64,000 nucleotides of DNA from an uncultured bacterium (GTDB lineage: Bacteria; Zixibacteria; MSB-5A5; CAIYYT01), in NCBI GenBank assembly GCA_963726455.1, contig CAVSCK010000005.1, positions 320,001-384,000 of the forward strand. Direction: 5' to 3'. Position 1 is the first letter of the stretch; each line of letters starts with the position of its first letter. Of the stretch, positions 18,757 to 28,415 are shown in pieces. A program made the position numbers and the translations under genes. The notes under the pieces were generated by a model. That model was not told where the DNA came from, made no database searches, and saw only the letters and a program-made list of their open reading frames with translations.

Positions 18757-20172
18757 ATGATGAAACAACTTTTCCTGATCGCCGGCATCCTGTCGGCGCT
18801 AATGATCGCCGCATGTACGCAGGCGCCCAAAGAGATTACGGCTACCGCTTATGTCGAGCCGGCTGAGATGCAGGCCTGCACCGATTCCGTCGAAGCGTTT
18901 GCCGCTGCGATGGGACCGAATGCTACATTTGAGGGCTACCAGGCAATCTACGAACATTTCCTGCAGTCCAACCCCACGTCCACGGTTCTGCATCGCGACT
19001 ATCAGTCGCTGTTTGATGGCTACGACAAGAGCGATCTCAAGGTCGCGTACTATAAGCAGCTTGCCGAGAAAAATCCGCAATCGGCAACTTACGCCTACCT
19101 CTATGGTCGTTGCTTGAATGGCGACGAAACGGAAAAGTGGTTCCGCAAAGCCGTCGAACTCGATCCCAAATACTATTGGGGCAATTTCGGCCTTGCTTCG
19201 CGGCTCGCCTCCAAGGCCGCTCCTGACACGACGGCTGCCATCGACTACTTGAACAAAGCGATTGCGATAGACAATTCAAACCCGCTGGCCTTTCAGCTAC
19301 TGGCGACCATTTACCTGCAGCGGGATGATTATACCAACGCTCTGAAATTCGCCGATATGTTTGCCACGGCGCTGCCGAATGAAACGCAGCCGCTCAAACT
19401 CAAGACCGATATTAGCATTGCCAAAGGTGACTATCCCGGCGCGATTGCGTCGCAGCGGAAACTGATCGGACTTGCCAAGGGTAATTCCGGCAGCGGCTGG
19501 TTTGATCTCGCCAAACTGTTCCTGAATTCCGGGCAGAATGATTCGGCACTAAGCGCAATCAGCAGCGCTGCCGACGCCGGTTTTGCCGACTACCGTCGTC
19601 TGGAAAGGGCGCCGATCTTTGCGCCGGTGCGGTCACTACCCAATTACGCGGAAGTTAGCAAGAAAGTGGAAGCCGCCGCAACACAGGAACGCAATCTGCG
19701 GCTCGCCGTGTTGAAAGATAGTACCGACGTCTTCAAGTCCAGAGCGCTGGCGCAGAAGCTTGATGTCCCGGCGCCGGCGTTTTCGTTCACGAATCTCGAA
19801 GGCAAGACCGTGTCATTGGCCGGCCTCAAAGGGAAAGTGGTCGTCATCGACTTCTGGGCGACCTGGTGCGGCCCTTGCCGGATGACGATGCCGCTGCTGC
19901 AGGAATTTGTCGATCGCAAACCGGCCGGAGTCGAATACCTGGCGATGGACGTCTGGGAGCGCGACACCAGTCTGGTGCGGCCGTTCATCGCCGATCAGGG
20001 TTACAATTTCAACGTACTCTATGGCGACCAGAATATCGCCACCCAATACGGTGTGCAGGGCATTCCGACCATGTTCGTAATCGACAAGAACGGCGTGATT
20101 CGTTACCAACACGTCGGCTACGAACCATTGACCGACCAGACACTGGCCTGGGAAACCGAATCACTGTTGTAA
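18757..20172 (+). CDS. TPR + TlpA/ResA-type thioredoxin lipoprotein
   Basis: GGAGG RBS; lipobox IAAC; TPRs; DFWATWCGPC and cis-Pro loop GIPT. Confidence 0.9.
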   Translation: MMKQLFLIAGILSALMIAACTQAPKEITATAYVEPAEMQACTDSVEAFAAAMGPNATFEGYQAIYEHFLQSNPTSTVLHRDYQSLFDGYDKSDLKVAYYKQLAEKNPQSATYAYLYGRCLNGDETEKWFRKAVELDPKYYWGNFGLASRLASKAAPDTTAAIDYLNKAIAIDNSNPLAFQLLATIYLQRDDYTNALKFADMFATALPNETQPLKLKTDISIAKGDYPGAIASQRKLIGLAKGNSGSGWFDLAKLFLNSGQNDSALSAISSAADAGFADYRRLERAPIFAPVRSLPNYAEVSKKVEAAATQERNLRLAVLKDSTDVFKSRALAQKLDVPAPAFSFTNLEGKTVSLAGLKGKVVVIDFWATWCGPCRMTMPLLQEFVDRKPAGVEYLAMDVWERDTSLVRPFIADQGYNFNVLYGDQNIATQYGVQGIPTMFVIDKNGVIRYQHVGYEPLTDQTLAWETESLL

Positions 20173-20201
20173 TTCGATTGTTTTGAGGGGCTAAAATGAT
20201 C

Positions 20202-20227
20202 AAGGGCGAGTCACCGACTCGCCCTTT
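20202..20227 (+). terminator. Rho-independent terminator
   Basis: AAGGGCGAGTC-ACC-GACTCGCCCTTT. Confidence 0.7.
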
Positions 20228-20252
20228 CGTTATGCGGAAATCTGTACGCCGT

Positions 20253-20364
20253 TCAATTGTTGAGTCAGGTCCTGCCCTCTGTTCCTTCAGTGCCCGTCTC
20301 TCAACTGTTGCGTCAGGTCTTGCCGTTCGACTCGTCCCGCGAGGCGAACGGTGTGACCTGACGC
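20253..20364. repeat. REP-like element: imperfect direct repeat plus long hairpin
   Basis: 20253-20276 and 20301-20324 match at 21/24 positions; nested hairpin at 20310-20364. Confidence 0.55.
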
Positions 20365-20379
20365 GTCTCTACTTCAGCC

Positions 20380-22982
20380 CTACTCCTGCGGCGCCCCCAC
20401 TGTCGCCAGCACATAATTCGTCGTATCGAAATACTTCTGCGCAACACGTCTCACGTCGTCCTTGGTCACTTTCTTGAGCGCACCAATCAAATCATCTTCG
20501 ACATCGTACTTGCCGGTCAGGAATTGATTCACCGCCATATAATACGCCTGATTGATCCGCGACAATCTTGAGGTCAACAGCGATCCCCAGAGCGAATTGG
20601 TGGCGCGTTCCAATTCCTCCGGCGCGATATCGAATGACCGCAGCGAATCGATCTCATGCAGCATGCCGGCCTTGGCCTTCTTATAGTTGTCAACGCCGGT
20701 GCCGATCGCGCAACTATACCACCCGAAATTCCGGTCAAACGACACCCCGGCTCCGAGTCGGTAGGCCAAACCCTGCTTCTCCCGCAGATCATCCGCCAGC
20801 CGCTTCGAAAGAATTTCGATCGCCACGCGTAGCGGCACCACATCGGGATCGGATGCGTTGCAGACTTTGCCGCCGAGATAGAAATAGGTCTGCTTCTTTT
20901 CCATCGGGATATTCTGCGTCACTTCACCCGTGACTGTCACCGGTGCGGCAACAGTTGCCTTCGTCAGTTCTGTCTGCTTCATGTCGCCAAAGGCCGCCGA
21001 CAATTTCTGGTACATCATCTCCGGATCCATATCGGTACAAACCGACAGGATCAGATTATTGGGTGCGTAATATTTCCGGTGATACTCTTTCAGATCAGCC
21101 GTCGTAATGGCTTTGACGGACGCCATCGTTCCCGTTTCCGGATTTGTGTACGAAGTGCCCTTGAATAGCAAATCAAAATATTCGTCACGCGCGCGTTGAT
21201 AGGTTGAACCCGTCTTCATACCCAACACTTGCAGCATGTCGCCCCTGGCCTGTTCGACCTCGGCCTCTGGAAACGTGGGATTCTTAATCATCTCCGCCAG
21301 CAAATCAATTCCCTGGTCGGTGAAATCCTTGATCGTCTCGAATTTGACGAACGAATACAGTCGCGAAGTATAGATGTCGTCATAGGGAATCATTGGATCG
21401 TCGGTGTAGGTCAGATGCGCGCCGATTGCCGTCAGTTTCTGCGTAATCGCATTCTTGTCATACTTGGCGGTTCCGCGGGACAACATGCGGTTCACGAAAT
21501 CAGTGATCCCGGCCTTGCCCTCCGGCTCCGAGGCGGCGCGGTCCTTGCCCAACACCATAAATGCTTGCACTTCCGAATAAGGATTCGACTTGATAATGAC
21601 TTGAAGGCCGTTGGGCAGAGCGCGGTCCAGATATTTGCTCTTGATCTGCGTTTCCGTTGCCGACTCGGTCTGCTTCACTGGCGTCGCCACCGCCGCGACA
21701 TAGTTGTATGTCTTGAAATATTTTGCCGCCACGCGCTTGACATCGGCGGTCTTCACCTTGGCCAGATTCGCATTCAGGTTGTCGACAAATTCGTAACCGG
21801 TCGAGACCAGCGTCGGCGCAACCATGATACCGTAATAATGCAGTTTCTCCCGCATGTAGATTTCCTGCGTCTTGGCGCTGACGACGATCGCATCGATATC
21901 GGCCTGGGTCGGCTCCCATGATTGCAGCGTCTTCTCCATCGTCTCATTGACCGAACTGATAATCCGGTCGACGTTCGCTGCCGAATCGGTCTTGACCGCG
22001 ACATCGAAAATCGTGAAATCCTTCTGTAACGTGATCGACGTCGACGCGCTTTGCGCAAGCGGGTTGTCCCCGGATGTCAGTGCCTTCAGTAACGGCGAGG
22101 TCGCGTCCGAATTCATCAACTCATTGAAAATATAGAAGGCAAAATAGTCGGGATCCGAATACAGCGGCCCGGCCGAGGCAAAATCCAGATGCGACGCCTT
22201 GGAGTCGAGCTCTTTTCTGACGATCTTCTTTTCATTCGGAATTGACACCTTGAACGCCGGCACCGGTGGCACCTGTCTGGGCGCTGCATTGCCGAAATAC
22301 TGTTTATACTTCTTGATAAACTCCTGAGTGTTGAAGTCACCCATCACCAGCGCCACCATATTGTTCGGCGCGTAATAGGTCTGGTAATAGTTCATCAACT
22401 CTTCGCGGGTGACCGTGTTGATCAAATTCTCATATCCCAGCACCGGACGCGCATATGGCGTACCCGCATACACCGTCGCGTCATAGAATTTTTCAAACGC
22501 GTTGTCGGGTCGTCATCACTCTGCCTGATCTCCTCGATCACGATCTTCCGTTCCTTCGGAAATCGGTCGTCAGGCAGAATCGAATTGAAGAGCTGATCCG
22601 ATTGGACATCAAGTCCGTAGTCAATGTACTGCGTCGGCATCAACACCAGGTAACCGGTCAGTTCCTTCCGCGTAAAGGCATTGATGTAACCGCCGTGGCG
22701 TTCGATCGCATCATCCAGTTGTTCCTGTGTTTTGGTCTTGGTGCCGTCAAATAGCAGGTGTTCGAGGAAATGCGTCGAACCGTTGTTGAACTCATTTTCA
22801 TAACGGGCGCCCGCGTTGACGAATACAATCGAGGCAATCATCGGCGAGGAGTGATTCTCCACCAGGATAACCTGCATGCCGTTGTCGAGCGTCACTCTGG
22901 TTGACGGCAATCCGGCATAGGCCATGCCGCTTAGCAGAGAAACCAGAATAGCTGTCAGGATCAACTGTAGTCGCAATTTCAT
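20380..22982 (-). CDS. M16 (pitrilysin-family) zinc peptidase; one apparent frameshift
   Basis: Signal peptide; inverted zinc motif HFLEH, GGYINAFT, ERKIVIEE; C-half LREKQGLAY. Adding one base to the run at 22507-22509 joins both ORFs (DDDPDNAFEKFY). Confidence 0.9.
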
Positions 22983-23109
22983 TCACTAGCTCCTTGAGTA
23001 TTCATTGTTTATCAGCGGAAATGAAGCCGGACAATGTGTACCTGTCAAGGCATTAGTGCAGCCGATGACGTCTGGCGGTTCTGCAAAGGGTTGGTCAAGT
23101 ACGGTGTGG

Positions 23110-23667
23110 CTACTTCGTGCGCGTTTTCAACGCCAGCTTGAACTTGGGATCAAAACGTGACGGCGAGCACTTGCCGCACGACGCCGAAATCAGCCGTTTG
23201 CGGCGTGGGTACTCAGTCTTGCACACCCGGCAATAGTAAATATAGCGCGGCGGCAACTTCAGACTCTTATGTGCCTTTGCCTTGTATGACGCGCCGATTC
23301 GCTGGGCTTCCTTGCGGAAATCGGAATCATGGTTGAAGAAAATTATGTGCACCATCTCGTGCTTGAGCGTGTCATCAATATCCTGCGGAAATATTTCGTG
23401 ATAACGCCGCGACAGCACGATCTCCTGCCGATTGCGAACATACAAGCCGGCGGCCAGCAAACGATCGGAATAGCGGATGCGCGGCGTGGGCAGCTTGCCG
23501 GCAAAGAACTGAATATTGTATTGACGAAAGCGGTTGTACAGATCAGTCAATGTCGGCAATAACCCCCGGTCGGTCTTTTCCTCCTGCGGCAGTTCAACTT
23601 CCACCGGTTGCGAGAACAAGTCCAGCATCGTGGGCGCCACCCGGGCAGCCATTTTTTTCCTGTTCAT
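23110..23667 (-). CDS. SprT-like zinc metalloprotease domain protein
   Basis: NIQFFAGKLP, DTLKHEMVH, HDSDF, CRVC and CGKC zinc ribbon. Confidence 0.88.
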   Translation of the reverse strand: MNRKKMAARVAPTMLDLFSQPVEVELPQEEKTDRGLLPTLTDLYNRFRQYNIQFFAGKLPTPRIRYSDRLLAAGLYVRNRQEIVLSRRYHEIFPQDIDDTLKHEMVHIIFFNHDSDFRKEAQRIGASYKAKAHKSLKLPPRYIYYCRVCKTEYPRRKRLISASCGKCSPSRFDPKFKLALKTRTK

Positions 23668-23714
23668 GGTTCGCGAAGTTATGTAGTTTAAACCGATTCG
23701 CAAGTGGAGGATTT

Positions 23715-25052
23715 ATGCGCCAGATCGTGATCGTCTTGGCCACCGTCGGCCTGGTTTTGGCCGCGTCGTGCGCCCAACAATACCATCCTGATCATCAGAC
23801 CATATACGTATCGGCTACGTCCAAAGCGCCGGGCGATGGCTCCTTTGTGAATCCCTTTGCGGACTTGCAGCAGGCCATCGATAGCGCCAAGTCCGGCGAT
23901 GAAATTGTTGTGCTGCCAGGCACTTACACGGCCACGCCTGCGGCCTATGCGGAAGATCTCTGCGGCAACTGTCTCGAGCCCCGTACGACGGTCGCCGCAA
24001 CGCGAGGGTTTTTGATTGCAGAGAAGGCGCTGACAATCACCGGAGTCAATCCCGATTCGGTTATCCTGTCGACCGGGGCCGGATACGGCGTGTTATTTCT
24101 GAATAGCTGGGGATCGACAGTCACCGGTTGCCAAATCACCGGCGGCGTGCGCGACAAGGACGGCAGCGCCACCGATGCCGGCGTTGTTGCCAAGTTCTCG
24201 CGAGTAACCATCCGCAACTGCAAAATCATTAACAACGAGTATCGCGATACTACCGTGGTGGTCGGAATCGGCGGAGTCTTCGGCCGCGAAGGTTCGGAAT
24301 TGTTTATCGAAGGTAACGAAATCTACAACAACGGCTGGGACGGCATCGCTCTGTATCGCGGCGCCAAGGCCTTCATCGCCGACAACCGCATTGACAAAGG
24401 ACGCGGGGCCGGCATCGGCATCACCTGGGATGCTCAGGCAACCGTACTCCGCAACCGCATCAGCCATTATTGGAAAGGCATCGGCAGCTTCGGCACTTCT
24501 CGCGCGGTGGTGCGCAATAACATCGTGCAGGACTGTCTCGGCTGGGGCGTGATCGCCACCGGCACTTCATTCATGGAAGCGACCAATAACCTGATTTACC
24601 GCAACGGCAACTGCGGCTTTGCCAACTGGGGTGATCGTGCCGACACATTGGGTCCGCGCGGAGTGTTCGTCAACAACATCGTTTACAACAACGGCTGGCG
24701 GGATGAGTGGGTCTGTCCCTGCGTCGGTGTCTGGATGCTCGGCAATCCGTCCGATTTTGTAATTGCCAACAACGATGTCTTCGTCGATTCGTCACTCGTA
24801 TTCAACGAACGTGTAAACGCCAATGTTCGCAAGGATCCGCAGAAACCAAAATACAAAGCCAACTACGAAGAGATTCGCGACCTCGCCGGCAGGTCCGGCA
24901 ACCTATCCGTCAACCCGAAATTCGCCGACACCCTTGACTTCCACCTGCTCCCCGACTCCCCTCTGATCAATGCCGGCGATTCTGTACTCACCGACCTCGA
25001 CGGTTCCCGTTCCGACATCGGCCCCCACGGTGGCTCCTCCGCCCACAAGTAA
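23715..25052 (+). CDS. Right-handed parallel beta-helix lipoprotein (DUF1565-like)
   Basis: GGAGG then ATG at 23715; lipobox AASC; GDGSFVNPFADLQQAI; Asn-ladder repeats; DFHLLPDSPLINAG. Confidence 0.88.
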   Translation: MRQIVIVLATVGLVLAASCAQQYHPDHQTIYVSATSKAPGDGSFVNPFADLQQAIDSAKSGDEIVVLPGTYTATPAAYAEDLCGNCLEPRTTVAATRGFLIAEKALTITGVNPDSVILSTGAGYGVLFLNSWGSTVTGCQITGGVRDKDGSATDAGVVAKFSRVTIRNCKIINNEYRDTTVVVGIGGVFGREGSELFIEGNEIYNNGWDGIALYRGAKAFIADNRIDKGRGAGIGITWDAQATVLRNRISHYWKGIGSFGTSRAVVRNNIVQDCLGWGVIATGTSFMEATNNLIYRNGNCGFANWGDRADTLGPRGVFVNNIVYNNGWRDEWVCPCVGVWMLGNPSDFVIANNDVFVDSSLVFNERVNANVRKDPQKPKYKANYEEIRDLAGRSGNLSVNPKFADTLDFHLLPDSPLINAGDSVLTDLDGSRSDIGPHGGSSAHK

Positions 25053-25308
25053 CTACACCCACTAACTATTTGTGGCCGTGCCTCTTAACCGGCCGACCCC
25101 GATAGTGTGGTGCCCTTGCTTTATTTTCACAATAGATACTTGCTTTCTAAGTCCCCGTTTACGACCTTGCGATTGCCATTTCATCCGTAATAGACATCAA
25201 CGTGGGGCCGGCAAACATTCTTGAAGTGAGCGAATCCGTGGGAGAAGCGACGCTCTCGTGTAAGTAATGTCGCCTGACAATCCGAGTCAGTTCGGACAGG
25301 AGGAATCT

Positions 25309-26514
25309 ATGAAATCAAAGTGGGCAGTCTGGGTAATCTCTTTCTGCATTATTGTGGCGGCGGTTTCGCTGCTGGGTCAAATGGCTCCGCCGGGGAAAAT
25401 GGTCGACTACGACAAATTGTCACAGCGAATGGTCGGCCAATGCGCCGGGATCAAGGAAGGAGAAATAGTCAGCATTTACGGCAACGTACGTGACATGCCG
25501 TTGTTGGAGAATCTCGCGGTTCAGGTGCGCAAGGCGGGTGCGTTCCCGCTGCTTCTCGTCGGCAGCGATGACTTGGGAAGGCGCCTGATCGTCGACGTGC
25601 CGGAGAAATACGATTCACAAGCGCCGCGTCTCGATCTCAAGCTTGCGGAATTTGTCGACGCAGCTTTGATACTTGATTGGGGCAGCGACCCTTCGCGGAA
25701 TGCGGATATCCCTGGTCAGCGGCTGGAGGCACTAAACAAGGCGTCGGCTCCGGTGTTTGATGTCTATGCGAAACGCGGAATCCGCGCCGTCAATCTTGGT
25801 AACGGGATGTATCCTTCTTCCTATAACGCCGCACTATACGGCATGACCGTGGAAAATCTCAGCAAACTATTCTGGGATGCGGTGAATCTCGACTACACGC
25901 AGATTCAATCAGTCGGCAAGACCGTTAGCGGGCAATTGGCGCAGGGCAAAGAAGTCAGAATCACAAATCCAAACGGAACCGACCTTAAGTTTCAGATTGC
26001 CGGGCGACCGGTCATAATCAGCGATGGCGTCATCTCTGCGGAAGACCAACAGCGCGGTTTTGCTGCTACACAAGTTTACCTCCCAGCGGGTGAAGTGTTC
26101 CTCACGCCGGTCCCTGGAACCGCGGAGGGTAAAGTTGTTATTGACCGCATGTGGTATTTTGGCAAAGAAATTAATGGGCTGACTTTCATTTTTAAGGCTG
26201 GCAAACTTACCGACATGACCGGCAAACCCGGCTTCGAGGTAGTAAAGGCACGTTACGATCTCGCCGGCCAAGGCAAGGATGAATTCGCTTTCGTCGATGT
26301 CGGCATCAATCCCAAAATGAGTATTCCTGAAGGTAGCAAGCTTCAGAATTGGACGGTGCCGGGAATGATTTCCATCGGCGTTGGCGGCAACGTATGGGCC
26401 GGAGGAACCAACACTTGTCCGTACGGCCTCTCCGGCTTTCTGCCGGGAAGCACCTTGAAAATCGACGGGAAACCGCTCGTGGAATTGGGCAAACTGAAAG
26501 CCGCAGAGATCTAG
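25309..26514 (+). CDS. Exported M29 (AmpS/AmpT-like) aminopeptidase homolog
   Basis: AGGAGG then ATG at 25309; GIKEGEIVSI, ITNPNGTDLKF, YLPAGEVFLTP, AEGKVVID; N-terminal hydrophobic leader. Confidence 0.8.
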   Translation: MKSKWAVWVISFCIIVAAVSLLGQMAPPGKMVDYDKLSQRMVGQCAGIKEGEIVSIYGNVRDMPLLENLAVQVRKAGAFPLLLVGSDDLGRRLIVDVPEKYDSQAPRLDLKLAEFVDAALILDWGSDPSRNADIPGQRLEALNKASAPVFDVYAKRGIRAVNLGNGMYPSSYNAALYGMTVENLSKLFWDAVNLDYTQIQSVGKTVSGQLAQGKEVRITNPNGTDLKFQIAGRPVIISDGVISAEDQQRGFAATQVYLPAGEVFLTPVPGTAEGKVVIDRMWYFGKEINGLTFIFKAGKLTDMTGKPGFEVVKARYDLAGQGKDEFAFVDVGINPKMSIPEGSKLQNWTVPGMISIGVGGNVWAGGTNTCPYGLSGFLPGSTLKIDGKPLVELGKLKAAEI

Positions 26515-26743
26515 AGTTAGTCGCTTCTCCTCTCGGGTTTTTTTCCTTTATTCACTGCCAAGCGGGCGTGCCTTGCCCTGCACCCGCGTTATTGCACGCC
26601 ACATTTCACTCTCGTTCTTTACACCAACCTTCTGCACTGCAACCACTTCCTTCTAAACAAGCCCAAGAAATGCCCATGGACTTCCGAGTATACGTTTCAA
26701 CCTCGGACATAAGTAGAGAGGGTGCTGTCGCCGCTCTGACGGA

Positions 26744-27093
26744 GGTGTGACCCAGGTCGCGCCGCCACAAAGTCCGATAGTCGCCAGCTCTGCGCAGAGT
26801 GACCGTGCGGGTGAGTTGCGTACGTCGTTGTATTCAACCATCCTCGGTAGGATGAACATTCCTGTTTGTCCCCCGATGATGAGTCCACCCGGTAGCCACC
26901 CGAGCTATCCCATTCTTCGGGCACGGTTTGGCCTTTTGGCATCGGGTCTATCGTACCGCGTTGCGGAAACGCAGCGCAGATTGCCGGCTGTATGATGTAC
27001 CCCACAGCTTACTGTGGGTTGTCTCCGACTACCTCAATCTGCGCCACGGCCAACGCACAACCGCCTGGCGACGCACCATGCGTAGCGCTACGC
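26744..27093 (+). pseudogene. Possible decayed REP-associated (Y1/HUH) transposase remnant flanked by hairpins
   Basis: Fragments AYVVVFNH (about 26818) and FWHRVY (about 26934) in different frames; hairpins at 26744-26763 and about 27067-27093. Confidence 0.25.
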
Positions 27094-27312
27094 GCCTCTT
27101 ATTGAAAGGAGAGTGAACCGGAAAGCAACGGACTAATAAAGATCAGACTGAAAACCAATAGGCCGGTTCCGGCCGGCAACCGAATGTGGAAAATTGCCAC
27201 AGCGGAATGTGCCTGACTTTCTGTGACAGGCCACAAAACCCGCAAGTGGCGGCGTCCTGCCCATGTCCAATCGTATGATTGGGCAGGTACGATCAGGAGG
27301 AGCATTATTCCT

Positions 27313-28284
27313 ATGGATGCGTGGAACTCACTTAGCGACCCAGAAATGAAGTCAATCTGGCGGCTGGCCCGATACACTGTCTTGTCACTGATTCTCTTTG
27401 CGCTCGTTACCTCATTTCTATGGGGCAAAAATATTGAACTGACCTCCAAACCGGTCCCGCAGGCAGTCAAAGTGGACGGCCTGATTTCCGACTGGCCGGA
27501 AGGCGCCCTGTCCTATTTGAGCGATCAGGACATCACGGTCGGAATGTGCAACGATACGCAGAACGTCTATATCATGTTGTGCTCGCGCAAACCGGATTTC
27601 GCTCGCGTAATTCGGATGACCGGTTTGACCGTGTATCTCGACGTCACCGGCGAACGTGAAAAGAATTTCAAGCTCCGCTATTTCGGCGGTCCCACGCGCG
27701 ATCAGATTCTCGCCGTTACGGGAGAAACCGGCGGCGACTCTTCGCGCCAGATTTCCCCGGAAGCTCGCGAACGCATGCAACAGCGCGATCGAAATTACCA
27801 GCCCAAGTTCAGTTGCTACGAAAAAGATGTCATTGTCGAAAAGCCGATTCCCATGGATGGCACCGAGGGCCCGTCCGCGGCCTTCGCCGTCGACAAGGGG
27901 TTCTTTGTGTATGAATTTAGCGTACCACTTGCCACCAGCAAGGTGAGGTACTACGGATTGGGCATCCCGCCAAATCGCAAAATCGGAATCGGGTTGATTT
28001 GGGGAGAAATCAACCGCGACGAAATGCGTCAGGCGGCTTCCGACGGCGGTGGAGGGGATTTCGGCCAGGGACGGCCGCCCGGCGGGATGCCTCCCGGTGG
28101 AGTTCCCGGCGGTGGCGGTGAAGGTGGTTGGGGTGGTCGTGGTGGTGGTCATCGCGGTGGCGGCGAAGGTGAAGTAGGTGGTCGCAGCTTCCGTGGCCGA
28201 GAGCTGCCCAAGAAACAAGAAGTGTGGATGAAGGTGCAACTCGAACCACTGGCGGCCGCAACTACGCCGAGCACCGGCCAATGA
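27313..28284 (+). CDS. Secreted hypothetical protein with Gly-rich low-complexity C-terminal region
   Basis: AGGAGG at 27295; hydrophobic leader; VDGLISDW and YEFSVPL (CBM9/DOMON-like pattern); GGG/PPGG tract. Confidence 0.75.
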   Translation: MDAWNSLSDPEMKSIWRLARYTVLSLILFALVTSFLWGKNIELTSKPVPQAVKVDGLISDWPEGALSYLSDQDITVGMCNDTQNVYIMLCSRKPDFARVIRMTGLTVYLDVTGEREKNFKLRYFGGPTRDQILAVTGETGGDSSRQISPEARERMQQRDRNYQPKFSCYEKDVIVEKPIPMDGTEGPSAAFAVDKGFFVYEFSVPLATSKVRYYGLGIPPNRKIGIGLIWGEINRDEMRQAASDGGGGDFGQGRPPGGMPPGGVPGGGGEGGWGGRGGGHRGGGEGEVGGRSFRGRELPKKQEVWMKVQLEPLAAATTPSTGQ

Positions 28285-28289
28285 ATTAA

Positions 28290-28313
28290 TGTTGGAGCGA
28301 CTTCAGTCGCGCC
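28290..28313. repeat. REP-like palindrome
   Basis: TGTTGGAGCGACTTCAGTCGCGCC directly after a stop codon. Confidence 0.45.
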
Positions 28314-28356
28314 GCTCGAATGCGCTGCCGGCGATCACCTGCCTTTGAGACAAATC

Positions 28357-28386
28357 AAAAGGGGCGAGGAAAATTCCTCGCCCCTT
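28357..28386 (-). terminator. Terminator of icd (possibly bidirectional)
   Basis: AAGGGGCGAGGA-AAAT-TCCTCGCCCCTT with flanking A and T runs. Confidence 0.8.
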
Positions 28387-28415
28387 ACTTTTGGGCGTTC
28401 CAATTACGAATAGAA

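Noticed and set aside
23550-23714. Apparent head-to-head overlap of the SprT and beta-helix ORFs
   Set aside because: Disappears when the better-supported starts (23667 and 23715) are used.
25200-25300. Possible c-di-GMP-I riboswitch (GGCAAAC...GACGC)
   Set aside because: Spacing, the GNRA-capped stem and the GCAAAGC element do not fit.
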